In this document: one piece after another, positions 44,882 through 55,384 of the stretch | Layout: each line of letters starts with the position of its first letter | Numbering within the stretch: position 1 is the first letter of the stretch | DNA from: Bacteroidota bacterium | GTDB taxonomy: Bacteria > Bacteroidota > Bacteroidia > Bacteroidales > JBHOTF01 | Length of the DNA stretch: 64,000 bases | Direction: 5' to 3' | Assembly: GCA_042584005.1 (NCBI GenBank) | Contig: JBHOTF010000009.1 | Coordinates: 950 to 64,949, forward strand | Notes under the pieces: generated by a model | What the model saw: the letters and a program-made list of their open reading frames with translations, nothing else | Told to the model about the DNA's origin: nothing | Database searches by the model: none | Program-made: the position numbers and the translations under genes

Positions 44882-45709
44882 ATGGCAATTATCACATTAA
44901 CAACAGACTGGAAAAATAATGATTTTTATATTGCTGCGGTAAAAGCAAGAATATTAAGCATTTGCCATGATGTTAATATAGTTGATATTTCACATTCAAT
45001 ACCATCATTCAATACCGGGCAAGCTTCATTTATAATAAAAAATGCCTATAAATATTTCCCCGCAGGAACAGTTCATATAATAGGAATTAATTCTGTACTT
45101 GAAAACGGTCAATTTCATATTGTAGTGAAAGCCCATGGACAGTATTTTATTGGAACGGATAATGGTATTTTTGCACTTATGTTTAGTGAAAATGTTGATG
45201 AGATTGTCAGGATTGATCAAAACCGGCCTGGTAATATGGCTGTAAATGAGCAGGCAGAGGAGAATACTTCTCATGGATTGCTTTTTCCGGAACTTGAAGT
45301 TTTTACTCATTCTGCTGCATTTCTTGCCAGGGGAGGACATTTGGACGAGTTGGGAGAGAAACAATCGACATTTTTCAGGCAGGTTCCAATAAGAGCCACA
45401 TTTGAAGAATCTAGTATTAATGGTTGTGTAATATATATTGATTCTTATCAGAATGCAATAAGTAATATTAGCCGTGAATTATTTTATAGGCTTAAAAAAG
45501 AAAGGCCTTTTGAAATATTTGTACAGAGTAATTTTTATAAAATAAATAGAATTAATCAAACTTATAATGAAACTTCTGTTGGAGAACTCTTAGCGGTTTT
45601 TAATTCTTTAGACCTTCTGGAAATAGCTATAAATAAGGGTAATGCTGCAGAATTACTTGGGCTAAGACTGAATTCTGAAATCAAGGTTAAGTTTTATGAT
45701 CAGGCATAA
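44882..45709 (+). CDS. SAM hydroxide adenosyltransferase family protein (DUF62, SAM hydrolase/halogenase-like fold)
   Basis: 275 aa. The N-terminus IITLTTDWKNNDFYIAAVKARI corresponds to the conserved DUF62 start (..TD.G..D.Y....K..I). Two-domain length is as expected for the family. Confidence 0.7.
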   Translation: MAIITLTTDWKNNDFYIAAVKARILSICHDVNIVDISHSIPSFNTGQASFIIKNAYKYFPAGTVHIIGINSVLENGQFHIVVKAHGQYFIGTDNGIFALMFSENVDEIVRIDQNRPGNMAVNEQAEENTSHGLLFPELEVFTHSAAFLARGGHLDELGEKQSTFFRQVPIRATFEESSINGCVIYIDSYQNAISNISRELFYRLKKERPFEIFVQSNFYKINRINQTYNETSVGELLAVFNSLDLLEIAINKGNAAELLGLRLNSEIKVKFYDQA

Positions 45710-45750
45710 GAAAATCATATTTTTTTCAAAATATTTTTAATTATTAAATA

Positions 45751-46524
45751 ATGAAGAAAGAATTACAAGCCTTCGGCAGCTTATTGGAAATTATGGATCA
45801 GCTAAGGGAGAAGTGCCCCTGGGATTCGGAACAAACAATTGAAAGTTTGCGAACCCTGACTATTGAGGAATGTTATGAGCTTACTGAAGCTATCATAGAT
45901 AATGATATGTTGGGTGTGAAGGAAGAGTTGGGAGATTTATTGTTACACCTGGTTTTTTATGCAAAAATAGGATCAGAGAATGGGGATTTTGATATCACAG
46001 ATGTCATTCAGACAATAAATAAAAAACTTATTTTCAGACATCCTCATATTTTTGGAGATACTAAAGTGAAAGATTCGGAAGAAGTAAAGGAAAATTGGGA
46101 AAAACTTAAATTGCTTGAAGGAAAAAAGACAGTTCTCAGTGGTGTTCCATCTTCTTTGCCTGCCCTGATAAAAGCATATAGATTACAGGACAAAGCCAGG
46201 GGAATAGGTTTCGACTGGAAAGAAAAATCTCAGGTATGGGAAAAGGTTTTCGAGGAGGTAGGTGAACTTAAGAAAGAGTTATCGGAGAATAGTGAATCTG
46301 AAAGAACTGAAGAAGAATTTGGTGATGTGTTATTTTCATTGATCAATGCCGGACGATTATATGGAATAAATCCGGAAAATGCATTAGAAAAAACGAATAA
46401 GAAATTCATTAAAAGATTTACATTTCTGGAAAATGAAATTTCTGAAAAAGGCCTTTCTTTGAAAGAAATGAGCCTTGAAGAAATGGAAGTCATCTGGAAT
46501 AAAACAAAAAAATTAAATCTCTGA
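45751..46524 (+). CDS. mazG: Nucleoside triphosphate pyrophosphohydrolase MazG
   Basis: 257 aa with tandem MazG domains: EECYELTEAI...EELGDLLLH and EEVGELKKEL...EEFGDVLF. Confidence 0.9.
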   Translation: MKKELQAFGSLLEIMDQLREKCPWDSEQTIESLRTLTIEECYELTEAIIDNDMLGVKEELGDLLLHLVFYAKIGSENGDFDITDVIQTINKKLIFRHPHIFGDTKVKDSEEVKENWEKLKLLEGKKTVLSGVPSSLPALIKAYRLQDKARGIGFDWKEKSQVWEKVFEEVGELKKELSENSESERTEEEFGDVLFSLINAGRLYGINPENALEKTNKKFIKRFTFLENEISEKGLSLKEMSLEEMEVIWNKTKKLNL

Positions 46525-46526
46525 AA

Positions 46527-47348
46527 ATGAAAAGATTATTTTTAATCTTCTTGCTAAGTTTAACAATATTCTTGAATATAAAAGGAAGTGTTATTCAGTC
46601 TGACACATTATTTTTACACCGGACTGGTTTAACAAAAACATACTTTAAATCATATTTATCTGACACAAAGGATTTTCTTCTGTCACCTTTTAAATGGGAA
46701 AGGAATGATTTTTACAAAGCTACCAGCTTTATCGGAGCAAGCGCTTTGTTATTTGCTTTTGATAAGAAAATATATGATTTCTTTCAGAACAATCGTTCGC
46801 AGGGTTTTGATAAAATGAGTAAATATTTATTTGAGCCAATAGGCAGTGGATTATATGCTTCTATAGGCTTTGGTGCTCTATATTTGCACGGAGTTTTTTA
46901 CGATAATGATAATAATCGGCAATTTGGATTATTGGCTGCTAAAACTTTTCTTATAAGTGGGTTGATGGCTCAATTGTCGAAGTCGGTTTTTGGACGGCAT
47001 AGGCCATATTATGATATGCCACCCAATCCGGAAAAATTTTCACCTATAAGTTTAAAAAATTCTTCCTATATATCCGGCCATACAACTATTGCTTTTTCCA
47101 TGGCAACAATTATCGCTATGGAGTTCAAAGACAGGCCCTTAATTCCTGTGATATCATATACACTGGCAACATTTGCAGGTATTTCGCGGATTTATGATAA
47201 TAAACATTGGGCAACTGATGTTTTGGGTGGAGCAGTGATAGGGTATACTGTTGGGCGGTTTTTGTATAAAAAAAACCGGAATATAAAAGTAATTCCCAGT
47301 ATGGGACCTTCATACACCGGTATCTCAATGTTTGTCTCAATAAATTAA
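46527..47348 (+). CDS. PAP2 (type 2 phosphatidic acid phosphatase) family protein, canonical motifs
   Basis: 273 aa with a signal peptide/TM. All three acid-phosphatase motifs are present: KSVFGRHRP (C1), SGHT (C2), SRIYDNKHWATD (C3). Confidence 0.8.
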   Translation: MKRLFLIFLLSLTIFLNIKGSVIQSDTLFLHRTGLTKTYFKSYLSDTKDFLLSPFKWERNDFYKATSFIGASALLFAFDKKIYDFFQNNRSQGFDKMSKYLFEPIGSGLYASIGFGALYLHGVFYDNDNNRQFGLLAAKTFLISGLMAQLSKSVFGRHRPYYDMPPNPEKFSPISLKNSSYISGHTTIAFSMATIIAMEFKDRPLIPVISYTLATFAGISRIYDNKHWATDVLGGAVIGYTVGRFLYKKNRNIKVIPSMGPSYTGISMFVSIN

Positions 47349-47363
47349 GACAATTCGGCTGAA

Positions 47364-47897
47364 TTATTTTTCTTTTTTATCTTCAGTTTTTTTGCTGAGT
47401 TTTTTGCTGGGTTTTTTAGCTAAAGACTTTTTTGCTTCTTCAGGCTTTTTATCTTCGGTAGTTTTTTTGTCTTTTAACTTATTTTCTTCTTTTGTCTCTT
47501 CCTCCTTCTTTTCTTCAATCTTTATAAGATCGAGTTTTTGAAGAATATTATACCAGTTCAAAACCTTTTTTATGTCTGAAACATATACTCTTTCTTTGTC
47601 ATAATCGGGGAGTATCTCTGAAAAATATGCTTTTAACTCGTTTGATGATGATTTATGACTTATCGCTGCTCCACCATTTTCTTTTTCAAATATTTTTTCA
47701 AATATTTTCAGTAAATTAATATCCTCTTCTTCTGTGTATATTGAAATCTCTTCAAGTGTACTTATCCTGTAACTGGCATATGCCGGCATTCTGTTTTTAT
47801 CTTCAAGAGATTCAACAATAATTGCATTTTTTCCTTCGGAAATATGTTTATACAATCCTTTATATCCTGAAATAGCTAATATTCCTTTTAAATCCAT
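47364..47897 (-). CDS. DUF5606 family protein with a Lys/Glu-rich C-terminal tail
   Basis: 177 aa. The N-terminus MDLKGILAISGYKGLYKHIS is typical of Bacteroidota DUF5606. The last ~50 residues are a K/E-rich low-complexity stretch. Confidence 0.6.
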   Translation of the reverse strand: MDLKGILAISGYKGLYKHISEGKNAIIVESLEDKNRMPAYASYRISTLEEISIYTEEEDINLLKIFEKIFEKENGGAAISHKSSSNELKAYFSEILPDYDKERVYVSDIKKVLNWYNILQKLDLIKIEEKKEEETKEENKLKDKKTTEDKKPEEAKKSLAKKPSKKLSKKTEDKKEK

Positions 47898-47933
47898 TTT
47901 TTTTAGTCTTTTGTGGTGGCAAATTTAATACTT

Positions 47934-48656
47934 TTATGCTGCCATACCTCTTTCTTTTTTTATTTTTGTAAAAGCTTCATTTAATTTCTGAAATTTCTCC
48001 TTGGCTTTTTCCCTGAAATCTTCCCCAAGATAACTTACTTTATCAGGATGGTATTTTACAGCCATTTTTCTATAAGCCTTTTTTACTTCTTCATCACTAG
48101 CTGATGAATCAACCTCCAGAATTTTATAGGATGAATCAATATCAGTAACAAACATTGATTTTATGGAGGAAAAATCTTTAAAATCGATTCCCAATTGGTT
48201 TGAAATATTTTCTATTACTTTAACTTCTTTTGAATGTGTATGTCCGTCTGCCAGTGAAATGCCAAATAAAAGATGTAATAATTGTAGCCTTGAAGAATAA
48301 TCCAGATAATGGCTTATCTGCTGGCAAATATCATTAATAGCAATATCCTGTTTAATAATATCCTTTAGCATAGGAATTACCTCTTGGGATGTTTCGTAGC
48401 CAAATGACTGAACAAAATATTTTTTAACATATTCAAGTTCTGATTGTACCACTTTGCCGTCTGCTTTCATAACGGCCCCCACTAGAACAATAAGGCTCAT
48501 TGCAAAGTCACCTCTGGTTGTAGCTCCCGGCCTGCGTATATTTTGGCCATCATTATTATCAAACATTGATCCCAGTGCAAAACCCAAAAAACCGCCAAGA
48601 GGGCCTAAAAATGCCCATCCAAGTCCTCCTCCTATCCATTTTCCGTATTTACTCAT
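47934..48656 (-). CDS. DjlA-like co-chaperone: Gly-rich membrane segment + TerB-like domain + C-terminal J domain
   Basis: 240 aa. Gly-rich hydrophobic N-terminus, and a J domain with YKILEVDSSASDEEVKKAYRKMAVKYHPDK. Confidence 0.75.
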   Translation of the reverse strand: MSKYGKWIGGGLGWAFLGPLGGFLGFALGSMFDNNDGQNIRRPGATTRGDFAMSLIVLVGAVMKADGKVVQSELEYVKKYFVQSFGYETSQEVIPMLKDIIKQDIAINDICQQISHYLDYSSRLQLLHLLFGISLADGHTHSKEVKVIENISNQLGIDFKDFSSIKSMFVTDIDSSYKILEVDSSASDEEVKKAYRKMAVKYHPDKVSYLGEDFREKAKEKFQKLNEAFTKIKKERGMAA

Positions 48657-48662
48657 ATATAT

Positions 48663-49247
48663 TTACTTGTTAAATTTATTATGTAGTTTAAGAATCTGTG
48701 GCAAAAGTAATTCTGTGCCATCATTATTTAGTATAAAATCAGATCTTTTTTTTCTTTCTTTGTCAGAAATCTGATTTAGTATTCTTTTTTCAATTTCTTT
48801 TTGAGAACTGTTATCCCTTTTTTTCACTCTTTCTATTCTTAATTTCTCAGGAGCTGAAACACAAATAATATAGTTAAGATTTTTATATGTGTCACTTTCA
48901 AAGATAATAGCTGCTTCCTTAAGGATATATTTTGCCTGATTTTGTTTATTTATCCAACTTTGATAATCTTCATTTACTATAGGATGAATAATACTATTTA
49001 GTAATTCAAGTGATTCTTTATTATTAAAAACAATTTTGGCAAGTGCATGCCTGTCAATTTTATTATCTTGCCAATAAATATTATTACCAAAACAATTTTT
49101 TATTTTACAGATTATTTGAGTATCAGAGTTGATGAAAAATTTTGCCCGTTCATCAGAATGATAAACCGGAACGCCAAGTGATTTAAATACCTCACATACA
49201 ATTGATTTTCCACTCCCTATTCCGCCTGTAATTCCTATCTGTAACAT
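48663..49247 (-). CDS. coaE: Dephospho-CoA kinase
   Basis: 194 aa. The N-terminus IGITGGIGSGKS is the CoaE P-loop. Its ATG overlaps the stop of the upstream gene (ATAATG). Confidence 0.9.
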   Translation of the reverse strand: MLQIGITGGIGSGKSIVCEVFKSLGVPVYHSDERAKFFINSDTQIICKIKNCFGNNIYWQDNKIDRHALAKIVFNNKESLELLNSIIHPIVNEDYQSWINKQNQAKYILKEAAIIFESDTYKNLNYIICVSAPEKLRIERVKKRDNSSQKEIEKRILNQISDKERKKRSDFILNNDGTELLLPQILKLHNKFNK

Positions 49248-50239
49248 TATTTTTCAATAATATATTCCACATTTGTTGGTGAATAACTAACCAGGTAAAT
49301 ATTATCTGGTGATTTAACTATTTTTACTCTTAATTTATTGTTTAGGTTTTGTTCTATCGAATTATAATCAACAACTGCTCGAAAGTGTGTGGCCTCATAT
49401 TTTTCGTATTCACTTAAAACAACATGAAATTTAAGCTTCAGGTTTCCTGGAAAAGTTCTGAGAGACAATGAATCAGGAAGATTTTCAGCTTCAATGGGGA
49501 TATTTAGTTCTCTCTCAGTGAATTTTTCAACAGCAATATTTACATTAACTTTATCATGACTGAGGATTACCTTATCATGTGGTTTTACAATAGATAAGTT
49601 TCTGTTGAAAGCTTTTCTTAATTTTTTTATTTCATAATATTCTGTCGAAACAAAATTAATAGTATCAATATTGACATCTGGTCCGGTAATAATAATACTA
49701 TCGGGATCTGAAATAATTTTTCCATTTAGCATAAATTGTTTTTCGAGCCGATAATCGATATTTGTCCTTACCTCAACTTTTTTGCTTTTTTCTTCTGCAA
49801 AATGAAAAAACAAACTGTCGGGTGAAATTGACAAAACTTCAAAATCTTCAAGTTTAAGGTCATTTCTAATTGCTTGTGAAAGAATAAATGTTCTGTTATC
49901 GTTGTTTAAGTCAGGTTGATTCTTCTTCAATGATTGATAATCTATCCTGACAGGACGTAAAGTTGAACTGAAATTATGCTGGAATATTTTGGAGCCTTTA
50001 GCTTTTACTCTTAAATTCAGATATTCCGGAAGTTCATTAACAAGGACTTTCTCTTCAGGAAAATTCGAATATTCAAAACGATGTTTAATAATGGCAATAT
50101 GATCTTCCTTAAGGATATTAAGAAACCATAAGAATACAGCGGCAAAAATAAAAGAAAATATAAGTATCAGTTTTTCCTTCTTTTTTATTTTAACCGGATC
50201 AAAATACTCTTGAATTTTTTTAAATATTTCAGTTTCCAA
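49247..50239 (-). CDS. YbbR-like domain-containing protein (CdaR-like)
   Basis: 330 aa with one N-terminal TM helix. Sits in the conserved Bacteroidota position between yajC and coaE. Apparent TTG start, with no in-frame ATG nearby. Confidence 0.6.
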   Translation of the reverse strand: METEIFKKIQEYFDPVKIKKKEKLILIFSFIFAAVFLWFLNILKEDHIAIIKHRFEYSNFPEEKVLVNELPEYLNLRVKAKGSKIFQHNFSSTLRPVRIDYQSLKKNQPDLNNDNRTFILSQAIRNDLKLEDFEVLSISPDSLFFHFAEEKSKKVEVRTNIDYRLEKQFMLNGKIISDPDSIIITGPDVNIDTINFVSTEYYEIKKLRKAFNRNLSIVKPHDKVILSHDKVNVNIAVEKFTERELNIPIEAENLPDSLSLRTFPGNLKLKFHVVLSEYEKYEATHFRAVVDYNSIEQNLNNKLRVKIVKSPDNIYLVSYSPTNVEYIIEK

Positions 50240-50261
50240 AATATTTAATTATTCTTACTGA

Positions 50262-50282
50262 TATTCCCAGACTTCGGGAATA
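50262..50282 (-). terminator. Short hairpin between yajC and the ybbR-like gene
   Basis: 7-bp stem TATTCCC/GGGAATA with a 7-nt loop. There is no clear U-tract, so it may be a processing or attenuation element rather than a terminator. Confidence 0.2.
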
Positions 50283-50286
50283 AAAT

Positions 50287-50622
50287 TTATTTTTTTTCTA
50301 TTTCACCATCACCTACATTTCGCACAATAGAATTTTTGTCGATTTTAAGCTTAGATTGGTCTTCAACCTCAATTATTACAGCTGTATCTTTAACTTCGAT
50401 TATTTTGCCATAAATTCCACCTGCAGTTATTATTTTATCACCTTTTTTTATTTCTTCACGATATTTTTTCAGGTCTTTTTGTTTTTTCATCTGTGGTCTG
50501 ATCATAAAAAAGTAAAAGATCACAGCAATAAGGCCAAAAAATATCAATGAAGAATAAGGACTTCTTTCAGCTGCACCCTCCTGAGGCGCTCCCATTAATA
50601 AAATATACAATAGATCGTTCAT
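50287..50622 (-). CDS. yajC: Preprotein translocase subunit YajC
   Basis: 111 aa. One TM helix followed by RPQMKKQKDLKKYREEIKKGDKIITAGGIYGKI, the YajC signature region. Confidence 0.85.
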   Translation of the reverse strand: MNDLLYILLMGAPQEGAAERSPYSSLIFFGLIAVIFYFFMIRPQMKKQKDLKKYREEIKKGDKIITAGGIYGKIIEVKDTAVIIEVEDQSKLKIDKNSIVRNVGDGEIEKK

Positions 50623-50670
50623 AATTAATTTGTTTATAATATTGATTATTATTTATTCAGTTTTTATTGA

Positions 50671-51141
50671 TTATTTCTTTTGTTTATATACTTCAGCAAT
50701 AATCGTGAGTTCTGTGCGGTTTGGTGTAGTATTTGTCATGACTTTAACATTCTTCCGGTTTGGCCCGGGTTTGTTATTGCTGTCAAAAGTTACCTCAACT
50801 TGTCCTTTTCCTCCGGGGGGGATAGGTTTTTTACTCCATTTTGTTGCTGTACAGCCACAAGTAGCCGCAACATTAGATATTATCAGATCTGCCCCACCTG
50901 TATTTTCGAATTTAAATATCCAGGGAACTTTCTCTCCTTCCATAATAATACCAAAATCATGAGTGACTGATTCAAAGGTAATTTCAGGAACACTGCTTTT
51001 ATTCTTGCCGTCGGCACTATTAGGGTTATTAACAAGATCAGAAGATAATTTTTCATCAGAATTATTAGCGTTTGAGCAAGAAATCAGGCCAAATACTAAA
51101 AAAACAAGTAGAAATTTAAATGTATATAAAGTGTATTTCAT
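50671..51141 (-). CDS. DUF1573 domain-containing lipoprotein
   Basis: 156 aa. Lipobox (FGLISC) and the DUF1573 core HDFGIIMEGEKV...FENTGGADLIISNVAATCGCT...PIPPGGKG. Confidence 0.75.
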   Translation of the reverse strand: MKYTLYTFKFLLVFLVFGLISCSNANNSDEKLSSDLVNNPNSADGKNKSSVPEITFESVTHDFGIIMEGEKVPWIFKFENTGGADLIISNVAATCGCTATKWSKKPIPPGGKGQVEVTFDSNNKPGPNRKNVKVMTNTTPNRTELTIIAEVYKQKK

Positions 51142-51271
51142 TGTGATAATATTTATATGTTAATATACTAAATCTCCGCAAATTGTGAGGCAAATGTAAA
51201 TAAGAATTATCAGTTATCAAACAAAATATGACTTTAGTAGACAAATTTAATATATCATTATATATAAAATC

Positions 51272-52216
51272 TTAAATCTCTCCAATAAGCCCTCTTCCTG
51301 TTTTATTAATTTTTTTGTTCTCTCTAAGAAAGAGAATTATTTTATCAAGTATTCCGTTGATAAAAATACTGCTTTTTAGTGTGCTGTAATACTTCGATAT
51401 TTCAATGTATTCGTTTAATGATACTTTTACCGGTATTGATTTGATCTCAATAATTTCAGTTATTGCCAGTTGCATTATTATAATATCCATAAATGCAATT
51501 CTTTCAATATCCCAGTTGTCAGTATATTTCTCAATCAGAGTCATATTAGTATCATAATTTAATACAGACATTCTGAAAAGATCCCGGGCGTATTTTTTAT
51601 CTTCCTTATCCTTAAAAAGTTCTGGGATGAACTTTTTGCTATCCGGTTTTAGCTTTTTAAGAGCTTTCTGAATTATGCTGACTACAAATTCAAGATCATC
51701 ATTCCAATAAATGTTTTTTTCTTCCAGAGTTTGATGCAATAATTCATTGTTTAGAAATTCTACATCAAGTAAATCCAGAATTAAATATTTATCTGCTTTA
51801 AAATCACAGTTTTCCAGATTCATATAATTGTTATACACTTCAGACTTAGAAAATGATCTGTATATATTTTTTACCAGTTCATAATTATCTGCCCAGCTGA
51901 GTTTATAAACTGAAATATATTTTAGAAAATCCTCATCATTTTTAAGAATATCGACTAGCTTGTTGTCTATAAATCGAGTATTAGGATGTGTGTCTTCATG
52001 ACTGCGGATATGTTTATGTTTTCCAAGTTCAATAATCGAACCCGCATATTCTACTATATCGATAATAAGTAGGAGAAGATAAATGTATAACTCATGAGTT
52101 TTATTTATGCTATAAAACAGTTCTTTTTCCGATTTAGGGATTGATCTGTCATCTTTCTGAAAATAGGAATATAATATCTGTAATACTTTTATTCTCAGTA
52201 AACGTCTACTTATCAT
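51272..52216 (-). CDS. nusB: Transcription antitermination factor NusB (long Bacteroidota form)
   Basis: 314 aa. The N-terminus SRRLLRIKVLQILYSY and its position upstream of DUF1573-yajC match the Bacteroidota nusB locus. Confidence 0.8.
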   Translation of the reverse strand: MISRRLLRIKVLQILYSYFQKDDRSIPKSEKELFYSINKTHELYIYLLLLIIDIVEYAGSIIELGKHKHIRSHEDTHPNTRFIDNKLVDILKNDEDFLKYISVYKLSWADNYELVKNIYRSFSKSEVYNNYMNLENCDFKADKYLILDLLDVEFLNNELLHQTLEEKNIYWNDDLEFVVSIIQKALKKLKPDSKKFIPELFKDKEDKKYARDLFRMSVLNYDTNMTLIEKYTDNWDIERIAFMDIIIMQLAITEIIEIKSIPVKVSLNEYIEISKYYSTLKSSIFINGILDKIILFLRENKKINKTGRGLIGEI

Positions 52217-52411
52217 ATCTTAAAAGAACTGATTATCAATAAATAAAATTGTCGCGCAAAAGTAATTATTTTTTTCAAACTTATACAATATATTATTGAA
52301 ATCTCAAATTATATTATATAATGTTGGAGTAAATAATCTTTTTGTAAAACAAAATATTCAAATAAAAATTTTAATTCTTTCATTCTTCTTTAGAAATCAT
52401 GAAATAATTTT

Positions 52412-52419
52412 TATTTTTG
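52412..52419 (+). promoter_or_regulatory. Candidate -7 promoter element (TATTTTTG)
   Basis: Matches TAnnTTTG, 26 nt upstream of the ATG at 52446. Confidence 0.3.
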
Positions 52420-52445
52420 ATTCCATATAAAAATTGGATAAGAAG

Positions 52446-52850
52446 ATGGAAGGCAAAGAAAAGAATGAAAGAGAAGAAATTTTTTCTGAAATTGTAAGAG
52501 CAGGAAAACGAACTTATTTTTTCGATGTTAAGGCAACCCGGAGAAATGATTATTACCTTACTCTAACTGAAAGCAAGAAAATATTTGACAAGGATGGTGG
52601 GTTTCATTTCGAAAAACACAAATTGTTTTTGTATAAAGAAGATTTTGATAAATTCGCAGATGGCTTAGATTCAGCTATTAAGTTTATTAAGAATTCCAAT
52701 CCAACAGAAGTGAAAATAGAAGTGAATACAGAGCCGGAAAAAGTTTCTGAGAAGGTTTCTGAAGAAGTATCTGTTGAATCTGATGTAGAAGTATCTGAAC
52801 CAGAGAAGAACTTTTCGGATGTGAGTTTCGAAGATTTAGGAAGTGAATAG
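52446..52850 (+). CDS. DUF3276 (PUR-alpha-like ssDNA/RNA-binding) family protein
   Basis: The track ORF starts at a TTG (52434); the ATG at 52446 gives MEGKEK. The core FSEIVRAGKRTYFFDVKATRRNDYYLTLTESKK is typical of DUF3276. Acidic C-terminal tail. Confidence 0.75.
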   Translation: MEGKEKNEREEIFSEIVRAGKRTYFFDVKATRRNDYYLTLTESKKIFDKDGGFHFEKHKLFLYKEDFDKFADGLDSAIKFIKNSNPTEVKIEVNTEPEKVSEKVSEEVSVESDVEVSEPEKNFSDVSFEDLGSE

Positions 52851-52986
52851 TTTAGCTATTTAACTTATTTTGAAAAATTCAAATTCAACTTATAACAGGA
52901 GATTTTTCATATTTGGGATATTTTATATCTTTAAAGCTGTTTTGTAATTAAATTTTACTGATTAATTTATATTTATGATATGGTAA

Positions 52987-54213
<1,227 letters not shown>

Positions 54214-54223
54214 TAATTCAAAT

Positions 54224-55354
54224 ATGCCCGTTACAATAAAAGAAGTATCGTCAAAAAAAGAATTAAGAAAGTATATATATCTTCCCGCAAAGATTCATAA
54301 AGACCATAAGAACTGGGTGCCACCATTATACATGGACGAATGGGAATATTATAATCCTAAAAAAAATGTTTCATTTTCATATTGTGATACAATTCTTTTG
54401 TTGGCATACAGGGGCGATGAGATTGTAGGAAGAATTATGGGGGTTATCAACCATAAATACAATGAAAAAAAGAATGAAAAAAATGGCCGTTGGAATTACC
54501 TGGAAACATGGGAAGATCAGGAAGTGGCTCATGAATTATTGTCTTATGTGGAAAATTGGGCACGCGAAAAAGGGATGATAAAAATAATCGGGCCATTCTC
54601 TTTTTCTGAAAAAGACCCTCAAGGATTTTTGACACAAGGATTTGATGAAACTGTAAATATTGCTTCAATTTGTAATTTCAAGTATTTAACTGAGATTGTT
54701 GAGAAAGAAGGTTATTCTAAAGAAATAGACCTGGTTGTTTATAAGGTTGATATTCCAGAGGTTATGCCTGAGTTTTATATCAGAATTTGTGAAAGGACAC
54801 AAAGGAATAATCCTGACCTAAGAATGCTTGAATTTACGAAACGGAGAAAACTCAAGCCTTATGTAAGACCAATACTAACACTATTAAACAATACCTTTCA
54901 AGATATTTATGGCTTTGCTGCACTTACTACAAAAGAAATGGATGAATTTGCTAACAGATATCTTATGCTAATTAATCCAAGATTTGTAAAGGCAATTGTT
55001 ACTCCTGATAATAATCCTGTTGCTTTCGTAATTGGTATGGCAGATATTAGTAAAGGGATACAGAAATGTGGCGGGCATTTATTGCCATTTGGAATATTTA
55101 ACTTATTCAGTGCTGCCAAAAAAACTAAACAAATTACACTTCTTCTGGGTGGAATTGATCCTGCATATAGAGGGAGAGGACTTGATACCTGGATGGGTGT
55201 TAAAATGTTTGAATCAGGACGTCATGAAAACAAAGAATATTTTGATAGTCATTGTGAACTGGAAACCAATAAAAATATCAGAGCTGAAATGGAAAGAATG
55301 GGTGGCAAGGTTTATAAAACTTACAGAATTTACCAGAAGTCATTAGTAAATTAA
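54224..55354 (+). CDS. Two-lobed GNAT-fold N-acyltransferase-like protein (uncharacterised family)
   Basis: 376 aa, starting 10 nt after the Spt-like gene. N-terminal lobe GDEIVGRIMGVIN...EVAHELLSYVENWAREKGM. C-terminal lobe has a Q/RxxGxG/A-like acyl-CoA motif (YRGRGLDTWM). Confidence 0.55.
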   Translation: MPVTIKEVSSKKELRKYIYLPAKIHKDHKNWVPPLYMDEWEYYNPKKNVSFSYCDTILLLAYRGDEIVGRIMGVINHKYNEKKNEKNGRWNYLETWEDQEVAHELLSYVENWAREKGMIKIIGPFSFSEKDPQGFLTQGFDETVNIASICNFKYLTEIVEKEGYSKEIDLVVYKVDIPEVMPEFYIRICERTQRNNPDLRMLEFTKRRKLKPYVRPILTLLNNTFQDIYGFAALTTKEMDEFANRYLMLINPRFVKAIVTPDNNPVAFVIGMADISKGIQKCGGHLLPFGIFNLFSAAKKTKQITLLLGGIDPAYRGRGLDTWMGVKMFESGRHENKEYFDSHCELETNKNIRAEMERMGGKVYKTYRIYQKSLVN

Positions 55355-55384
55355 CATTTTTTCATTTATTCTATTCTTGAAATA

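Noticed and set aside
47364-47520. Lys/Glu-rich tail of the DUF5606 protein as a histone-like DNA-binding module
   Set aside because: The composition is suggestive but there are no specific motifs. It cannot be supported from sequence alone and is noted only in the feature evidence.
52257-52283. Two CAAAnnTA (minus-strand TAnnTTTG) matches upstream of nusB as promoters
   Set aside because: The two matches compete with each other and neither has a properly spaced -33 element. In a spacer this AT-rich, chance matches are expected, so they are not listed as features.
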